The position numbers were made by a program, and so were the translations under genes. This document shows positions 48,355-57,690 of a stretch of 64,000 bases of DNA, one piece after another; the first letter of the stretch is position 1; every line of letters starts with the position of its first letter. This DNA comes from Patescibacteria group bacterium. Its GTDB lineage: Bacteria; Patescibacteriota; Minisyncoccia; Phycocordibacterales; Phycocordibacteraceae. The notes beneath the pieces are model-generated. The model saw only the letters and a list, made by a program, of their open reading frames with translations, ran no database searches and was not told the origin of the DNA. The stretch covers positions 12,993-76,992 of the forward strand of contig SCTS01000002.1 in the NCBI GenBank assembly GCA_004322365.1, read 5' to 3'.

Positions 48355-48966
48355 TCAACGCAGAGCAGAGATGGGTTTTGGGATGTTTCGTCTTTTGAAA
48401 AGGCAGATACTTATAACAATAGTATTGAGGGTGGCGCTCATCGCAAGGTATACAACGGTGAGGAAATTATACTGAGCAAGGGCTACAAGTCCAATAAGCC
48501 CTGTTGCGGTGAAAAGAAGCCACGATGAAAGCGATTCACTCCACGGCTCTTCCAAGACCTTACGGATCGTTGGCACATATCCGAATGCATCAATCGCAGT
48601 AACCATGAGAATTGAAAGAAGTGGAGCATTGAGTTGCCACCATACAAGAATCGCAAAAAGAGCGAGTACAAGCAGTGCTACATCCCCCTTCGTAATATTT
48701 TTTGTTCCATATTTAAAAGAAAGAAGAAAAACCAAAAATGTAAGCACTGACCACAGAGCGAGTAACAAAACACCGTACCCGCCACCTCCATACCAACCTC
48801 CCACAGCGGCAGTGCCTGTCGTGATGGACCAAATAAGCCATGTGTATGGGTGGGGCGTGGTTTGCCTCCGAACCATACTTCGTATGTAAGGTATGTACGA
48901 AAGCGCACCAAGAACGAGCGAAAGAACAGTCGCCACAATTTTAAAATCGATTGGAAACGGAAACAT
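48355..48966 (-). CDS. Conserved multi-TM membrane protein
   Basis: PYIRS...T.PH.YTWLIW, D....PTIRK....PWSE; 7-8 TMs, PQ-loop-like. Confidence 0.75.
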   Translation of the reverse strand: MFPFPIDFKIVATVLSLVLGALSYIPYIRSMVRRQTTPHPYTWLIWSITTGTAAVGGWYGGGGYGVLLLALWSVLTFLVFLLSFKYGTKNITKGDVALLVLALFAILVWWQLNAPLLSILMVTAIDAFGYVPTIRKVLEEPWSESLSSWLLFTATGLIGLVALAQYNFLTVVYLAMSATLNTIVISICLFKRRNIPKPISALR

Positions 48967-48996
48967 ATCGTCAGTATACTCTCAGAAACAAAGCAT

Positions 48997-49040
48997 TTTC
49001 TCCATGTATCACTGTAGCACTACAGTGATACATGGAGAAA
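48997..49040. repeat. 21-bp-arm palindrome, possibly a terminator downstream of guaB
   Basis: tttctccatgtatcactgtag-ca-ctacagtgatacatggagaaa. Confidence 0.85.
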
Positions 49041-49111
49041 GAAAGCGAAAATAAAACCTCGAGAACATCGAGGGATTCTACTTCAGACTACGGTGCGCGC
49101 TTCGTTCGCAC

Positions 49112-50164
49112 CTAGTCTTCAAAAACTTTCGCAAGAGAGTGCGGATTGTTTTCTTTGACTGATGCTCCCGAAACTACCATGAACTGAACTTTCTTTTCAA
49201 AGTCAGAAAGTTTTTTTGCACCAACATACCCCATAGAAACTCGAATACCTCCCACGAGCTTCGAAACAACATCCTCAAGCGTACCTGCGTATGGCACCAA
49301 TGCTGAAACACCTTCAGGAACAATGCCTTTTGAAGTACCGAGGTAACGGTCATTTGCTTTTCCTTTTTTCAGAACTGCCAAAGAGCCCATGCCACGATAC
49401 TCTTTGAATTTTTTTCCACCAACGGTAACCATTTTTCCTGGTGCGGCGTCAGTACCCGCAAGAGTGTTTCCAAGCATGACAGCAGAGGCGCCAGCACCCA
49501 GTGCTTTCGCAATGTCGCCCGACATACGAATACCTCCATCAGCAATAACAGGAACTCCGAATTTTTTTGCAACTGCAACCACCTCCATAATTGCTGAAAG
49601 TTGTGGCACACCGACGCCCGAAACAATGCGTGTAGTGCAAATGGAACCAGGACCAATACCAACTTTAATTCCATCTGCAAATTTAACGAGTTCGAGCGCA
49701 GCTTCTTTTGTTGCAATGTTTCCAACGAGAAGTGGTGTTTTGCCTATGGCTTTCTTTATTCTTCTTGCACCAGCAACAACATTCATGTTGTGACCATGTG
49801 CTGAGTCAACCGCAATCACATCAGCCCCTGCTTTTTTGAGAGCGATAGCTCGCTCCAAATCAAATGCACTACATGCAGCGCCAACACGCACACCTGCTTT
49901 CTTAACTTCCTTCACCATTTTTACTTCCTCTTCAAGTGTATTTGAGCGGTGAATAATTCCTAAGCCTCCAAGCTTACCCAGAGCAATCGCCATCTTCGTT
50001 TCCGTCACTTTGTCCATCGCAGCAGAAATGATTGGTATGGTAAGAAAAAAACCACGAGCAATCGCGGTCTCTACATTTGCTTCGCGCGGCTCAACAGAAC
50101 TTCGAGCAGGCCGAATCAAGACATCATCGAAAGTCAAAAACTTCCCTGTGTGTACTTTCCCCAT
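49112..50164 (-). CDS. guaB: IMP dehydrogenase lacking CBS domains
   Basis: LTFDDVL, SAAMDKVTE, DSAHGH, KVGIGPGSICTTR, IADGG, YRGMGS, PEGV. Confidence 0.93.
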   Translation of the reverse strand: MGKVHTGKFLTFDDVLIRPARSSVEPREANVETAIARGFFLTIPIISAAMDKVTETKMAIALGKLGGLGIIHRSNTLEEEVKMVKEVKKAGVRVGAACSAFDLERAIALKKAGADVIAVDSAHGHNMNVVAGARRIKKAIGKTPLLVGNIATKEAALELVKFADGIKVGIGPGSICTTRIVSGVGVPQLSAIMEVVAVAKKFGVPVIADGGIRMSGDIAKALGAGASAVMLGNTLAGTDAAPGKMVTVGGKKFKEYRGMGSLAVLKKGKANDRYLGTSKGIVPEGVSALVPYAGTLEDVVSKLVGGIRVSMGYVGAKKLSDFEKKVQFMVVSGASVKENNPHSLAKVFED

Positions 50165-50213
50165 GCCTCAGGATACCATAATTGGTATAAGGTCGCCAAG
50201 TAGCGGGCTTTAG

Positions 50214-50828
50214 GTGGAAAACACACAAAATATGAGCGCTAAAACACCTAAAAATCTAGCCGTCTTTGTGTCAGGGACAGGTTCGAATTTTGAAGCCATG
50301 CTGAAAGAGCATATCCCCATCAAACTCGTAGTTGCTGATCGTCCATGCAAGGCAATCGACAGAGCGAAAGAAGTAGGAATCCCCACGGCACTCATAGAAC
50401 GTAAAAATTTTGGTACTAGCTTCGACCGAGGACTGTACACACAAAAAATTCTAGAAGTATTGCAAACCCATGGAATTGATTTGGTTGCCATGGCTGGCTT
50501 CATGACCATCCTTGGAGACTCTCTCTTCACTACATACGACGGATACATTCTTAATACACATCCATCTCTCCTTCCCCTATTTAAAGGTGATCATGCGGTG
50601 AAAGACGCTCTTGAGGCTAGGGCAAAAGAAACAGGATGCACGATCCACATTGCAACAGCAGATCTCGATGATGGCCCGATACTTGCACAAAGAAGTGTGC
50701 CAATACTTCCAAACGACAGCATAGAAACCCTTCATGAGAGAATCAAGATTGAAGAAAGGAAGCTCTATCCCGAGGTATTAAAAAACATACTAGTTGGTAA
50801 CCTTGTCCTTCCTCAGACAGTAGTTTAG
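50214..50828 (+). CDS. purN: Phosphoribosylglycinamide formyltransferase
   Basis: SGTGSNFEA, MAGFM.IL, NTHPSLLP.FKG, GCTIH....LDDGPILAQ. Confidence 0.92.
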   Translation: MENTQNMSAKTPKNLAVFVSGTGSNFEAMLKEHIPIKLVVADRPCKAIDRAKEVGIPTALIERKNFGTSFDRGLYTQKILEVLQTHGIDLVAMAGFMTILGDSLFTTYDGYILNTHPSLLPLFKGDHAVKDALEARAKETGCTIHIATADLDDGPILAQRSVPILPNDSIETLHERIKIEERKLYPEVLKNILVGNLVLPQTVV

Positions 50829-50855
50829 AATAGGCGCTGACCTACAATTGAATAC

Positions 50856-50945
50856 GTATCAAGAGTGTGAGGAGGCATCTGGGCCTACGATTCACCAGCA
50901 ACTTGTCGAAAGATAAAGTGCTACCAGCCCTTCGGGGAAAGATAT
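50856..50945 (+). promoter_or_regulatory. SAM-I (S-box) riboswitch
   Basis: TATCAAGAG...GGAGG...GGCC...CAGCAAC...GTGCTA...GATA matches the SAM-I core, directly upstream of metK. Confidence 0.85.
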
Positions 50946-50952
50946 CTTACAC

Positions 50953-50983
50953 AAAATCTTTCCTTAATAGGGAAAGATTTTTT
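50953..50983 (+). terminator. Riboswitch-associated intrinsic terminator
   Basis: aaaatctttcct-taat-agggaaagattttt hairpin with U-tract between aptamer and metK start. Confidence 0.7.
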
Positions 50984-51014
50984 ATTTATTATTCACTCAT
51001 TAATCAACATCAAT

Positions 51015-52067
51015 ATGCTTCACTTACTTAAGACATACACAACCGAGAGCGTTACCGCAGGACATCCCGACAAAGTCTGCGATCAAATATCAGATGCAAT
51101 TTTAGATGCCTGCTTAACGCAAGATCCAACAAGTCGAGTAGCTGTCGAGTCTTTTGGCAGTCATGGATACATGATGCTCGGCGGTGAAGTGCGGACAAAT
51201 GCGACAGTTGATTATACAGGTATCGCCCGTAAGGTCTATACAGATATTGGCTACACAGAACCGTTAGATATTCTTGAACATATCGCCAAGCAATCTGGAG
51301 ATATTGCGATGGGTGTAGACACCGGTGGCGCAGGTGACCAAGGCATCATGTATGGCTACGCTACAAATGAAACAAAAGAAATGCTCCCATTAGGTGTCGT
51401 ACTTTCTCATGCACTTGCACGCCGACTAGAAGCGCTTCGTCGTGACGGAACACTTCCCTGGGCACGACCAGATGGAAAAACACAAGTCACCATTTCAAAT
51501 GGCAAAGTAATTACTGCACTCACTTCAACTCAGCACACAGCGGATGTTTCTCAAGAAGAAATTCGCGCAAAACTCACCGAGCATTTGTTCGGGTCAGTAT
51601 TGGGAGATCTATCGGGAATTGAAATACTAGTGAATCCAACAGGTCAATTTATTCAGGGAGGATTTGAAGCAGACGCAGGTCTCACTGGACGAAAGATAAT
51701 GGTAGACACCTACGGAGGTTTGATGCCACACGGGGGCGGAGCTTTCTCAGGAAAAGACGCTACAAAGGTTGATCGCTCCGCTGCGTACATGTGCCGATTT
51801 GCTGCAAAGAACCTCGTTGCAAATGGCTATGGCACAAAAGTATTAGTGTCAGTTGCCTACGCTATCGGTCGCGTGGAGCCAGTGATGGTTGAAGCATTTG
51901 ATGATTCTGGAAAAGACTTGAGCGAGATTGTGCAGAAAAACTTTGACTTCCGTCCACGGGCAATTATTGAGCGCCTAGGACTCACCCGCCCAATCTTTCA
52001 AGCAACAGCAGCATACGGACACTTCGGCGTTGAAGGTAGACCATGGGAAAATATTGAGAAAATCTAA
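51015..52067 (+). CDS. metK: S-adenosylmethionine synthetase
   Basis: TESVTAGHPDKVCDQISD, GAGDQG, PDGKTQV, GGGAFSGKDATKVDRSAAY. Confidence 0.97.
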   Translation: MLHLLKTYTTESVTAGHPDKVCDQISDAILDACLTQDPTSRVAVESFGSHGYMMLGGEVRTNATVDYTGIARKVYTDIGYTEPLDILEHIAKQSGDIAMGVDTGGAGDQGIMYGYATNETKEMLPLGVVLSHALARRLEALRRDGTLPWARPDGKTQVTISNGKVITALTSTQHTADVSQEEIRAKLTEHLFGSVLGDLSGIEILVNPTGQFIQGGFEADAGLTGRKIMVDTYGGLMPHGGGAFSGKDATKVDRSAAYMCRFAAKNLVANGYGTKVLVSVAYAIGRVEPVMVEAFDDSGKDLSEIVQKNFDFRPRAIIERLGLTRPIFQATAAYGHFGVEGRPWENIEKI

Positions 52068-52084
52068 AACGATTTCTTTTTAGA

Positions 52085-52116
52085 AACAAAAAATCCCGCA
52101 TGCGGGATTTTTTGTT
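52085..52116. terminator. Bidirectional terminator between convergent metK and pilin genes
   Basis: aacaaaaaatcccgcatgcgggattttttgtt. Confidence 0.8.
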
Positions 52117-52122
52117 AATGCG

Positions 52123-52587
52123 TTATGGCTTCACATCAAACATTGGATCAGCTCCTGAAAAATCACTGGAAGATCCTGTACATCTTGATCCTGGAGTGGC
52201 GTCACTATCACTACCTAATACCTGATTGGTACTGTCCTCTAGCGTAGCTCCAAGATGGTAGCTCGAACATCCAGCGCCAACACCGAGTGCTGCGTACCTA
52301 TAAGAAATAGGAGAAGAGGCGGTGCCGGAAGGATCTGTAGGAAGAACGGCAATATAGGTTGGCACGAGACCGTTCAGTGTTGTTGGATACGATGATGAGT
52401 TGGCGTTTGCGTACGCCCCGAGGGCAATCTGCAACTGCCTGATGTCTGAAGTGCGACGCGAATCACGAGACTTTATTCGCACAACATTGAGTGACGCTAA
52501 AACCACCGACGCAAGAATACCGAAAATTGCAATGACAATAAGGAGCTCAATGAGAGTGAACCCTTTGTGTGATTTAAATAACGCCAT
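52123..52587 (-). CDS. Type IV pilin / GspG-like prepilin
   Basis: KG|FTLIELLIVIAIFGILASVVL cleavage/methylation motif; RD..R..D...L..AL; PTDP. Confidence 0.92.
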   Translation of the reverse strand: MALFKSHKGFTLIELLIVIAIFGILASVVLASLNVVRIKSRDSRRTSDIRQLQIALGAYANANSSSYPTTLNGLVPTYIAVLPTDPSGTASSPISYRYAALGVGAGCSSYHLGATLEDSTNQVLGSDSDATPGSRCTGSSSDFSGADPMFDVKP

Positions 52588-52631
52588 ACCCTTTTAGAGT
52601 AACAGACTTCTTGAGTTAAAAACCAGTAAGG

Positions 52632-52868
52632 TTAGGAAAATTTAAAACGTCGATCCTTACCAGAACCCTCACAGGAAGGACATGAACCTGGACGAAAATC
52701 GCCCCCTCCCGAGCTTGATGAACACTCCCAACACACTTCAACGGAGTCTCTCCGTTGACCATAATTACAGCCTGCAGAACAGTTACCACTACCCTTACAC
52801 AATCCACACATCCTTTCAGCTAAAGAGGTCAGTACTGCGTAAGGTTTTATCTCGAGACTCCCATCCAT
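52632..52868 (-). CDS. Small Cys-rich protein with DnaJ-type CxxCxGxG motifs
   Basis: CGLCKGSG, CWEC, CPSCEGSG; starts 8 bp after the pyrG stop. Confidence 0.55.
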   Translation of the reverse strand: MDGSLEIKPYAVLTSLAERMCGLCKGSGNCSAGCNYGQRRDSVEVCWECSSSSGGGDFRPGSCPSCEGSGKDRRFKFS

Positions 52869-52875
52869 CTCGGCA

Positions 52876-54570
52876 TTAAATCACAGCGTCATTCCGCACG
52901 CACGCCTTCAAAAAAGCAGTGAAAAGCGGGTGTGGTGCCAATGGTCGCGCCTGTAATTCAGGGTGAAACTGGGTACCCACCATGAATGGATGCACTTCTC
53001 GAGGTAACTCTGCAATTTCCATCAAAATACCTGAGGGTGATACGCCTGAAAAAACCACACCTCCCTCTTCAAACTGCGAAATATACTCTGGATTCACTTC
53101 ATAGCGATGACGATGACGCTCTTCAACGCTCTCTGCCGAATATGCATCTCCAGCAATAGTTCCCTTCTTCAAGAGAGCAGGATACACACCAAGTCGCATC
53201 GTGGCACCATATTTTTCACTTGCAAGAATTGCTTTTTGTTCTGGAAGAATGTCAATGACTGGGTGTGTTGGATTTGAGTCAATTTCTGTCGTGTGAGAGC
53301 CTGGCAACTTTAGAACATTCCGTGCGTATTCTATGAGCATTAACTGCATGCCGTAACAAAGGCCGAAGTAAGGAATTTTCTTTTCACGCGCGTATTGTAT
53401 TGCCAAAATCTTTCCCTCAATTCCAGTCTCCCCAAACCCTCCTGGCACAATAATCCCGTGGTATTTCTTCAATGCTGAAACAGACTTCGGATTTTTCTGG
53501 AAATCTTTTGCGTTGACCCATGTAATCTCTACGCGTGCACCCACAGCAGCGGCAGAGAATTTTATTGCTTCTATAACAGAAAGATATGCATCTGAAAGCA
53601 CGAAGTCACCTGTATCAAAATATTTACCGACAATTGCTATTTTTATCTCTTTCTTTGCGTTTTTTATCTTTGCAACAAAATTTTGCCAATCAGCTAAACC
53701 TGTTGCTGGTTTCTTAGGAAGTCGTAGTGCTTTTAAAAGCATTTCCCCTATTTTCTCCCGTTCAAAATTTAATGGCACATCATAAATAGACTCGACATCG
53801 GGTGCTGAAATAATATGGTCAGCTGAGACATTTGAACTAATGGCAATTTTTTCTTTACGCCGCTGGTCTAACTTCTGCGAAGAACGCGCAATAATAATAT
53901 TTGCCTGCACCCCATAAGAATTTAATTGCTGAACGGCATTTTGCGTTGGACGAGTTTTCATTTCACCCAAGGCTCCTGGAACCGGTAAGTACGAAACAAG
54001 AATAAACAAAACATCATCAGGGTGTTCAAGTTTCAACACACGAGCGGCTTCTATGAAAAGAGCATTTTGAAAATCGCCCACCGTACCACCTATTTCAATG
54101 ACTGAAATATCAGACCCGTTCTGTTCACTGGCAAGACGAATACGACGAATAATTTCATCTCGCACATGTGGAATCGCCTCTACACATTTACCTTTGTATC
54201 CAAGATTTCGCTCTTTCTCCAAAACACTCTGGTACACCATACCGCTTGTCATGTAGTCCTCTTGATTCAAAGATACATTTAAGAATCTTTCGTAGTTGCC
54301 CATATCCTGATCCGTTTCAAGACCAGAGCGAAGCACGAACACTTCACCGTGTTCAGTTGGATTCATTGTCCCAGCATCAATATTCAAATAGGGGTCAACC
54401 TTTACAGCATTCACCTTGTATCCTTTGCTTTGCAAAATGAGTGCAACCGAAGATGTTGCAATACCTTTACCTACACCACTCATCACACCTCCAATGACGA
54501 AAATGTATTTGTGACGCTTCTTTGAGGGGGCACGACCCGATCTTTTTTTAGTTGATCGAGCGTCTTCCAT
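52876..54570 (-). CDS. pyrG: CTP synthase
   Basis: GGVMSGVGKG, DPYLNIDAGTMNPTEHGEVFV, EIGGTVGD, CYGMQ, RHRHRYEVN, QFHPE. Confidence 0.97.
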   Translation of the reverse strand: MEDARSTKKRSGRAPSKKRHKYIFVIGGVMSGVGKGIATSSVALILQSKGYKVNAVKVDPYLNIDAGTMNPTEHGEVFVLRSGLETDQDMGNYERFLNVSLNQEDYMTSGMVYQSVLEKERNLGYKGKCVEAIPHVRDEIIRRIRLASEQNGSDISVIEIGGTVGDFQNALFIEAARVLKLEHPDDVLFILVSYLPVPGALGEMKTRPTQNAVQQLNSYGVQANIIIARSSQKLDQRRKEKIAISSNVSADHIISAPDVESIYDVPLNFEREKIGEMLLKALRLPKKPATGLADWQNFVAKIKNAKKEIKIAIVGKYFDTGDFVLSDAYLSVIEAIKFSAAAVGARVEITWVNAKDFQKNPKSVSALKKYHGIIVPGGFGETGIEGKILAIQYAREKKIPYFGLCYGMQLMLIEYARNVLKLPGSHTTEIDSNPTHPVIDILPEQKAILASEKYGATMRLGVYPALLKKGTIAGDAYSAESVEERHRHRYEVNPEYISQFEEGGVVFSGVSPSGILMEIAELPREVHPFMVGTQFHPELQARPLAPHPLFTAFLKACVRNDAVI

Positions 54571-54592
54571 ATCGGACTAGAATAACACAGCG

Positions 54593-54676
54593 AGGTGCTA
54601 GGTGCTAGGGACTAGGTTCAAGGTGTTAGGTTTAATTTCAGAAAAGCTAGAACCTAGAAGCTAACACCTATAACCT
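54593..54676. repeat. Two opposed heptamer arrays
   Basis: aggtgct/agggact/aggttca/aggtgtt units followed by inverted agctaga/acctaga/agctaac/acctata units. Confidence 0.7.
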
Positions 54677-54682
54677 TTCTCT

Positions 54683-55603
54683 TTAGACCGAAAGGTACTT
54701 CCTCACCGCAAGGAAAGCAGATAGGGCACCAAGAAACGCACCTGCTGATATAAGAACAATGAAGAATATCGGGAAAGCGCCTAGATAGTGCGAGAAGATA
54801 TCTGCACCAAACATTTTTTGAGCTGGAGCCTTTAAGAACCATGCGAGTGGGAAAAATGTAATTAACGCAATAAGACCTGAAACAACACCGTACAAGGTGC
54901 CCTCCACTACAAATGGACCTCTAATATACATATTTGACGCCCCCACAAGGCGCATCACTGATATTTCCTCGCGAGCAGTATAAATAGCCAACCTAATTGT
55001 ATTGAATGTAATCAATATTGAAGCTAACGAAAAGATAAAAATCATAAACCAACCAAACTGTTGAACATAGGTGGTTAGATTCCCCAACTGCGTAATGACC
55101 GCCTTATTTTGCGCATAGTTCACAGAGCTAATAAAAGGTTTGCCGTTGGAATCATTCAAGTGATCATTAAGAAACAACGCAATGGCTTCATACTGTGATG
55201 GCTGTTTTGCCTTAATAGCAAGCGCCGCACCAAACGGATTGGAGTTCAATTCATCAAGAGCTTGTAGAGTTAGTTGATCATCCTCGTGACGAAGACGGAA
55301 CTCTGCTATTGCATCATCTCTTGAGGTGTATGTAACATAGGCAACCTCAGGAATGTTTTGAAGTACTGTTTTAAAATCAAAAATTGATTGCTCAGAAGCT
55401 GAAGTAACAAAATATACATTTACATCAACCTTATCTTTCACATAGGTGACAAATTCACCCACAAGTGTATTCAAAAACATCAACGAACCGATGATGATTA
55501 AGGTCATGGTCATCACAAAGATAGATGCAAGCGAAACAAAACTATTTCGCATCACATTCACTGATCCTGCACGCAATACTCTTCTGATATTAGTCCACAA
55601 CAT
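54683..55603 (-). CDS. ftsX: Cell division permease FtsX
   Basis: FNTIRLAIY..REEI.VMRLVGAS..YIRGPF..EG; downstream of ftsE. Confidence 0.93.
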   Translation of the reverse strand: MLWTNIRRVLRAGSVNVMRNSFVSLASIFVMTMTLIIIGSLMFLNTLVGEFVTYVKDKVDVNVYFVTSASEQSIFDFKTVLQNIPEVAYVTYTSRDDAIAEFRLRHEDDQLTLQALDELNSNPFGAALAIKAKQPSQYEAIALFLNDHLNDSNGKPFISSVNYAQNKAVITQLGNLTTYVQQFGWFMIFIFSLASILITFNTIRLAIYTAREEISVMRLVGASNMYIRGPFVVEGTLYGVVSGLIALITFFPLAWFLKAPAQKMFGADIFSHYLGAFPIFFIVLISAGAFLGALSAFLAVRKYLSV

Positions 55604-55625
55604 ACATTAGGTTATAGGTTTTAGC

Positions 55626-56306
55626 TTACAACACATACCTTCCTTCTTTATCATCCCTCACTACATGCCCATTATCCATCGTGATAACCCTCTTCCCAAG
55701 TGAATCAACAACACCTTTATTATGACTCGTCAGAATGACAGTCGTACCAAGTTCATTAATACGCTTAAGAATTTCAACCACCTGATAGGTGTTAATAGGA
55801 TCCAAGTTACCTGTTGGCTCATCCGCAAGAAGCACCTCTGGCTGATTAACAATCGCGCGCCCAATAGCAACCCGTTGGCGCTCACCTCCGGAAAGCTCAC
55901 GGGGGAAATTCCATGCTTTATCAGCAAGATCTACAAGCTCTAATACATGAGGGACATCTGCGGCAATCTCATCATCACTCCTCCCTGAGGCCTCCATTGC
56001 AAATGCCACATTTTCATACGCGGTTTTATTTGGAATCAATCGATAATCCTGAAAAACGGTTCCTATTTTTCTTCGAAGCGTATGGAGCTTATTTTTTGGT
56101 ATTTTATGAACATCAGTGGATTCAAAAAAGACCACTCCTGAAGAAGGTGTCTCTTCTGCCAATATCATTTTAAGCAGGGTTGTCTTTCCAGCACCGGCGT
56201 GTCCCACGATAGACGCAAATTCCTTAGGTCCAAACGACAGCGTCACATCTTCAAGTGCGACAGACTTGTCTTGGTATATTTTTGTAACTTTGTCGAAATA
56301 AATCAT
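55626..56306 (-). CDS. ftsE: Cell division ATP-binding protein FtsE
   Basis: GHAGAGKTT, RRKIGTVFQDYRL, LSGGERQRV, ADEPTGNLDP. Confidence 0.94.
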   Translation of the reverse strand: MIYFDKVTKIYQDKSVALEDVTLSFGPKEFASIVGHAGAGKTTLLKMILAEETPSSGVVFFESTDVHKIPKNKLHTLRRKIGTVFQDYRLIPNKTAYENVAFAMEASGRSDDEIAADVPHVLELVDLADKAWNFPRELSGGERQRVAIGRAIVNQPEVLLADEPTGNLDPINTYQVVEILKRINELGTTVILTSHNKGVVDSLGKRVITMDNGHVVRDDKEGRYVL

Positions 56307-56327
56307 TCTAGCGAGGGGTTAAGCGAT

Positions 56328-56352
56328 GCTTCGTCGGATCCGTAGGGATCAT
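56328..56352 (-). repeat. 25-bp dispersed repeat, copy 2
   Basis: gcttcgtcggatccgtagggatcat, the reverse complement of 986-1010 with 1 mismatch. Confidence 0.75.
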
Positions 56353-56404
56353 TTAGTATCTCTGAAAGATGGCAACAGGAAAAGCCACCCTTAAGTACAT
56401 ACTA

Positions 56405-57316
56405 CTACAAGTCTTCGCTTGAAATATCAGACTCTGCAACTTTTCCAGATTGCATTGCTTGTATAAATGTATCTAATTCACCCGACAGCACTGCATCAGT
56501 GTCATGCATTTCAACGCCAGTGCGATGATCCTTCACTAATTTATATGGATGGAGTACATATGAGCGAATCTGACTCCCCCATTCATTTTTCACCGTACCG
56601 GCAATTGAAAGTCCTTTTAACTCACGGGCGCGCTTTTCTTCTTCAAGAATAAATAATTTTGCACGCAACAAAGTAAGCGCACGGTCGCGATTTGCAGCTT
56701 GAGAGCGTTCTGTAGAAGCACGCACCGCCATACCCGTTGGCTTATGCACAATGCGCACTGCTGTTTCTCTCTTGTTAACATTTTGCCCTCCCGCGCCACC
56801 CGAGCGAGAAAATTGTACTTCTATCTCATCATCTTTTATTTCCAACCCCTCCCCTGGTGCAAACTTTGGCACCACTTCCACGAGCGCAAACGATGTTTGT
56901 CGTTTTGCGTTCGCATTGAATGGCGATATACGCACCAATCGATGCACGCCTGCTTCATGTTTCAAATGACCATAAGCACCAGTACCTGCCACCTCAAATG
57001 TGACACTTCGAAAACCGCCGTGGTCATTTTCATTGTCGTCAAGAAATGTTACCGACCACCCTTTCTTTGAAGCATGTCCTTGGTACATACGAAAAAGAAT
57101 ACCTGCAAAGTCCTCGGCATCATCTCCACCAGCTCCTGCAAGAATAGACAATATTGCGGAGCCTTTGTCGTAACGGGTGGGGCCCGCAACAACGGCTTCC
57201 AAATCTTTCATCTCGCGAATCATCTTCTGCGCTTTATCAACATCACTCCAAAAATCAGCGCCTGCCATCGCTGTTTCAATTTCTGTAATACGAGCTTTTG
57301 CTTGTTCGGGAGACAT
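56405..57316 (-). CDS. prfB: Peptide chain release factor 2 (N-terminally short)
   Basis: [11 protein letters not shown] (SPF), [23 protein letters not shown]. Confidence 0.95.
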   Translation of the reverse strand: MSPEQAKARITEIETAMAGADFWSDVDKAQKMIREMKDLEAVVAGPTRYDKGSAILSILAGAGGDDAEDFAGILFRMYQGHASKKGWSVTFLDDNENDHGGFRSVTFEVAGTGAYGHLKHEAGVHRLVRISPFNANAKRQTSFALVEVVPKFAPGEGLEIKDDEIEVQFSRSGGAGGQNVNKRETAVRIVHKPTGMAVRASTERSQAANRDRALTLLRAKLFILEEEKRARELKGLSIAGTVKNEWGSQIRSYVLHPYKLVKDHRTGVEMHDTDAVLSGELDTFIQAMQSGKVAESDISSEDL

Positions 57317-57367
57317 GAGAATAGAGTACAGCGTTTAGCGTTTAGGGGCTAGGTCTCCGGTTCCCGA

Positions 57368-57589
57368 TTAGGCTTCACGGAGGAATTCAAAACGAGGTAT
57401 TTTTTTCCCTTCAACCACAACCACCTCAGTGAACATTGGCACAGGTCTGATCCATAATCGAGACAAAGTATTTTCATACAATGCCTCGTAGACGACCACA
57501 TCTTCTAAAGTTTCACTATGTTTAGCAATACCAATTACTCTATACTCCTTACCTTTGTAATGACGGTAGATACCGAGTTTAAGAATCAT
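57368..57589 (-). CDS. DUF1653 domain protein
   Basis: GIYRHYKG..Y.V...A.HSETLE..VVY..LY.....W.RP..MF; ATG 2 nt after the tRNA CCA. Confidence 0.88.
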   Translation of the reverse strand: MILKLGIYRHYKGKEYRVIGIAKHSETLEDVVVYEALYENTLSRLWIRPVPMFTEVVVVEGKKIPRFEFLREA

Positions 57590-57591
57590 TT

Positions 57592-57667
57592 TGGAGCCAG
57601 AGGGCGGAATCGGACCGCCGACCTTCTCGTTACGAGTGAGATGCTCTACCAACTGAGCTACTCTGGC
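57592..57667 (-). tRNA. tRNA-Thr(CGT)
   Basis: gccagagtagctcagttggtagagcatctcact-CGT-aacgagaaggtcggcggtccgattccgccctctggctcca. Confidence 0.93.
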
Positions 57668-57690
57668 GAATGAGAAGGATAATAGCACAA

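Noticed and set aside
57317-57367. Programmed +1 frameshift of prfB
   Set aside because: No CTT-TGA site or upstream leader ORF; the gene appears to start at 57316.
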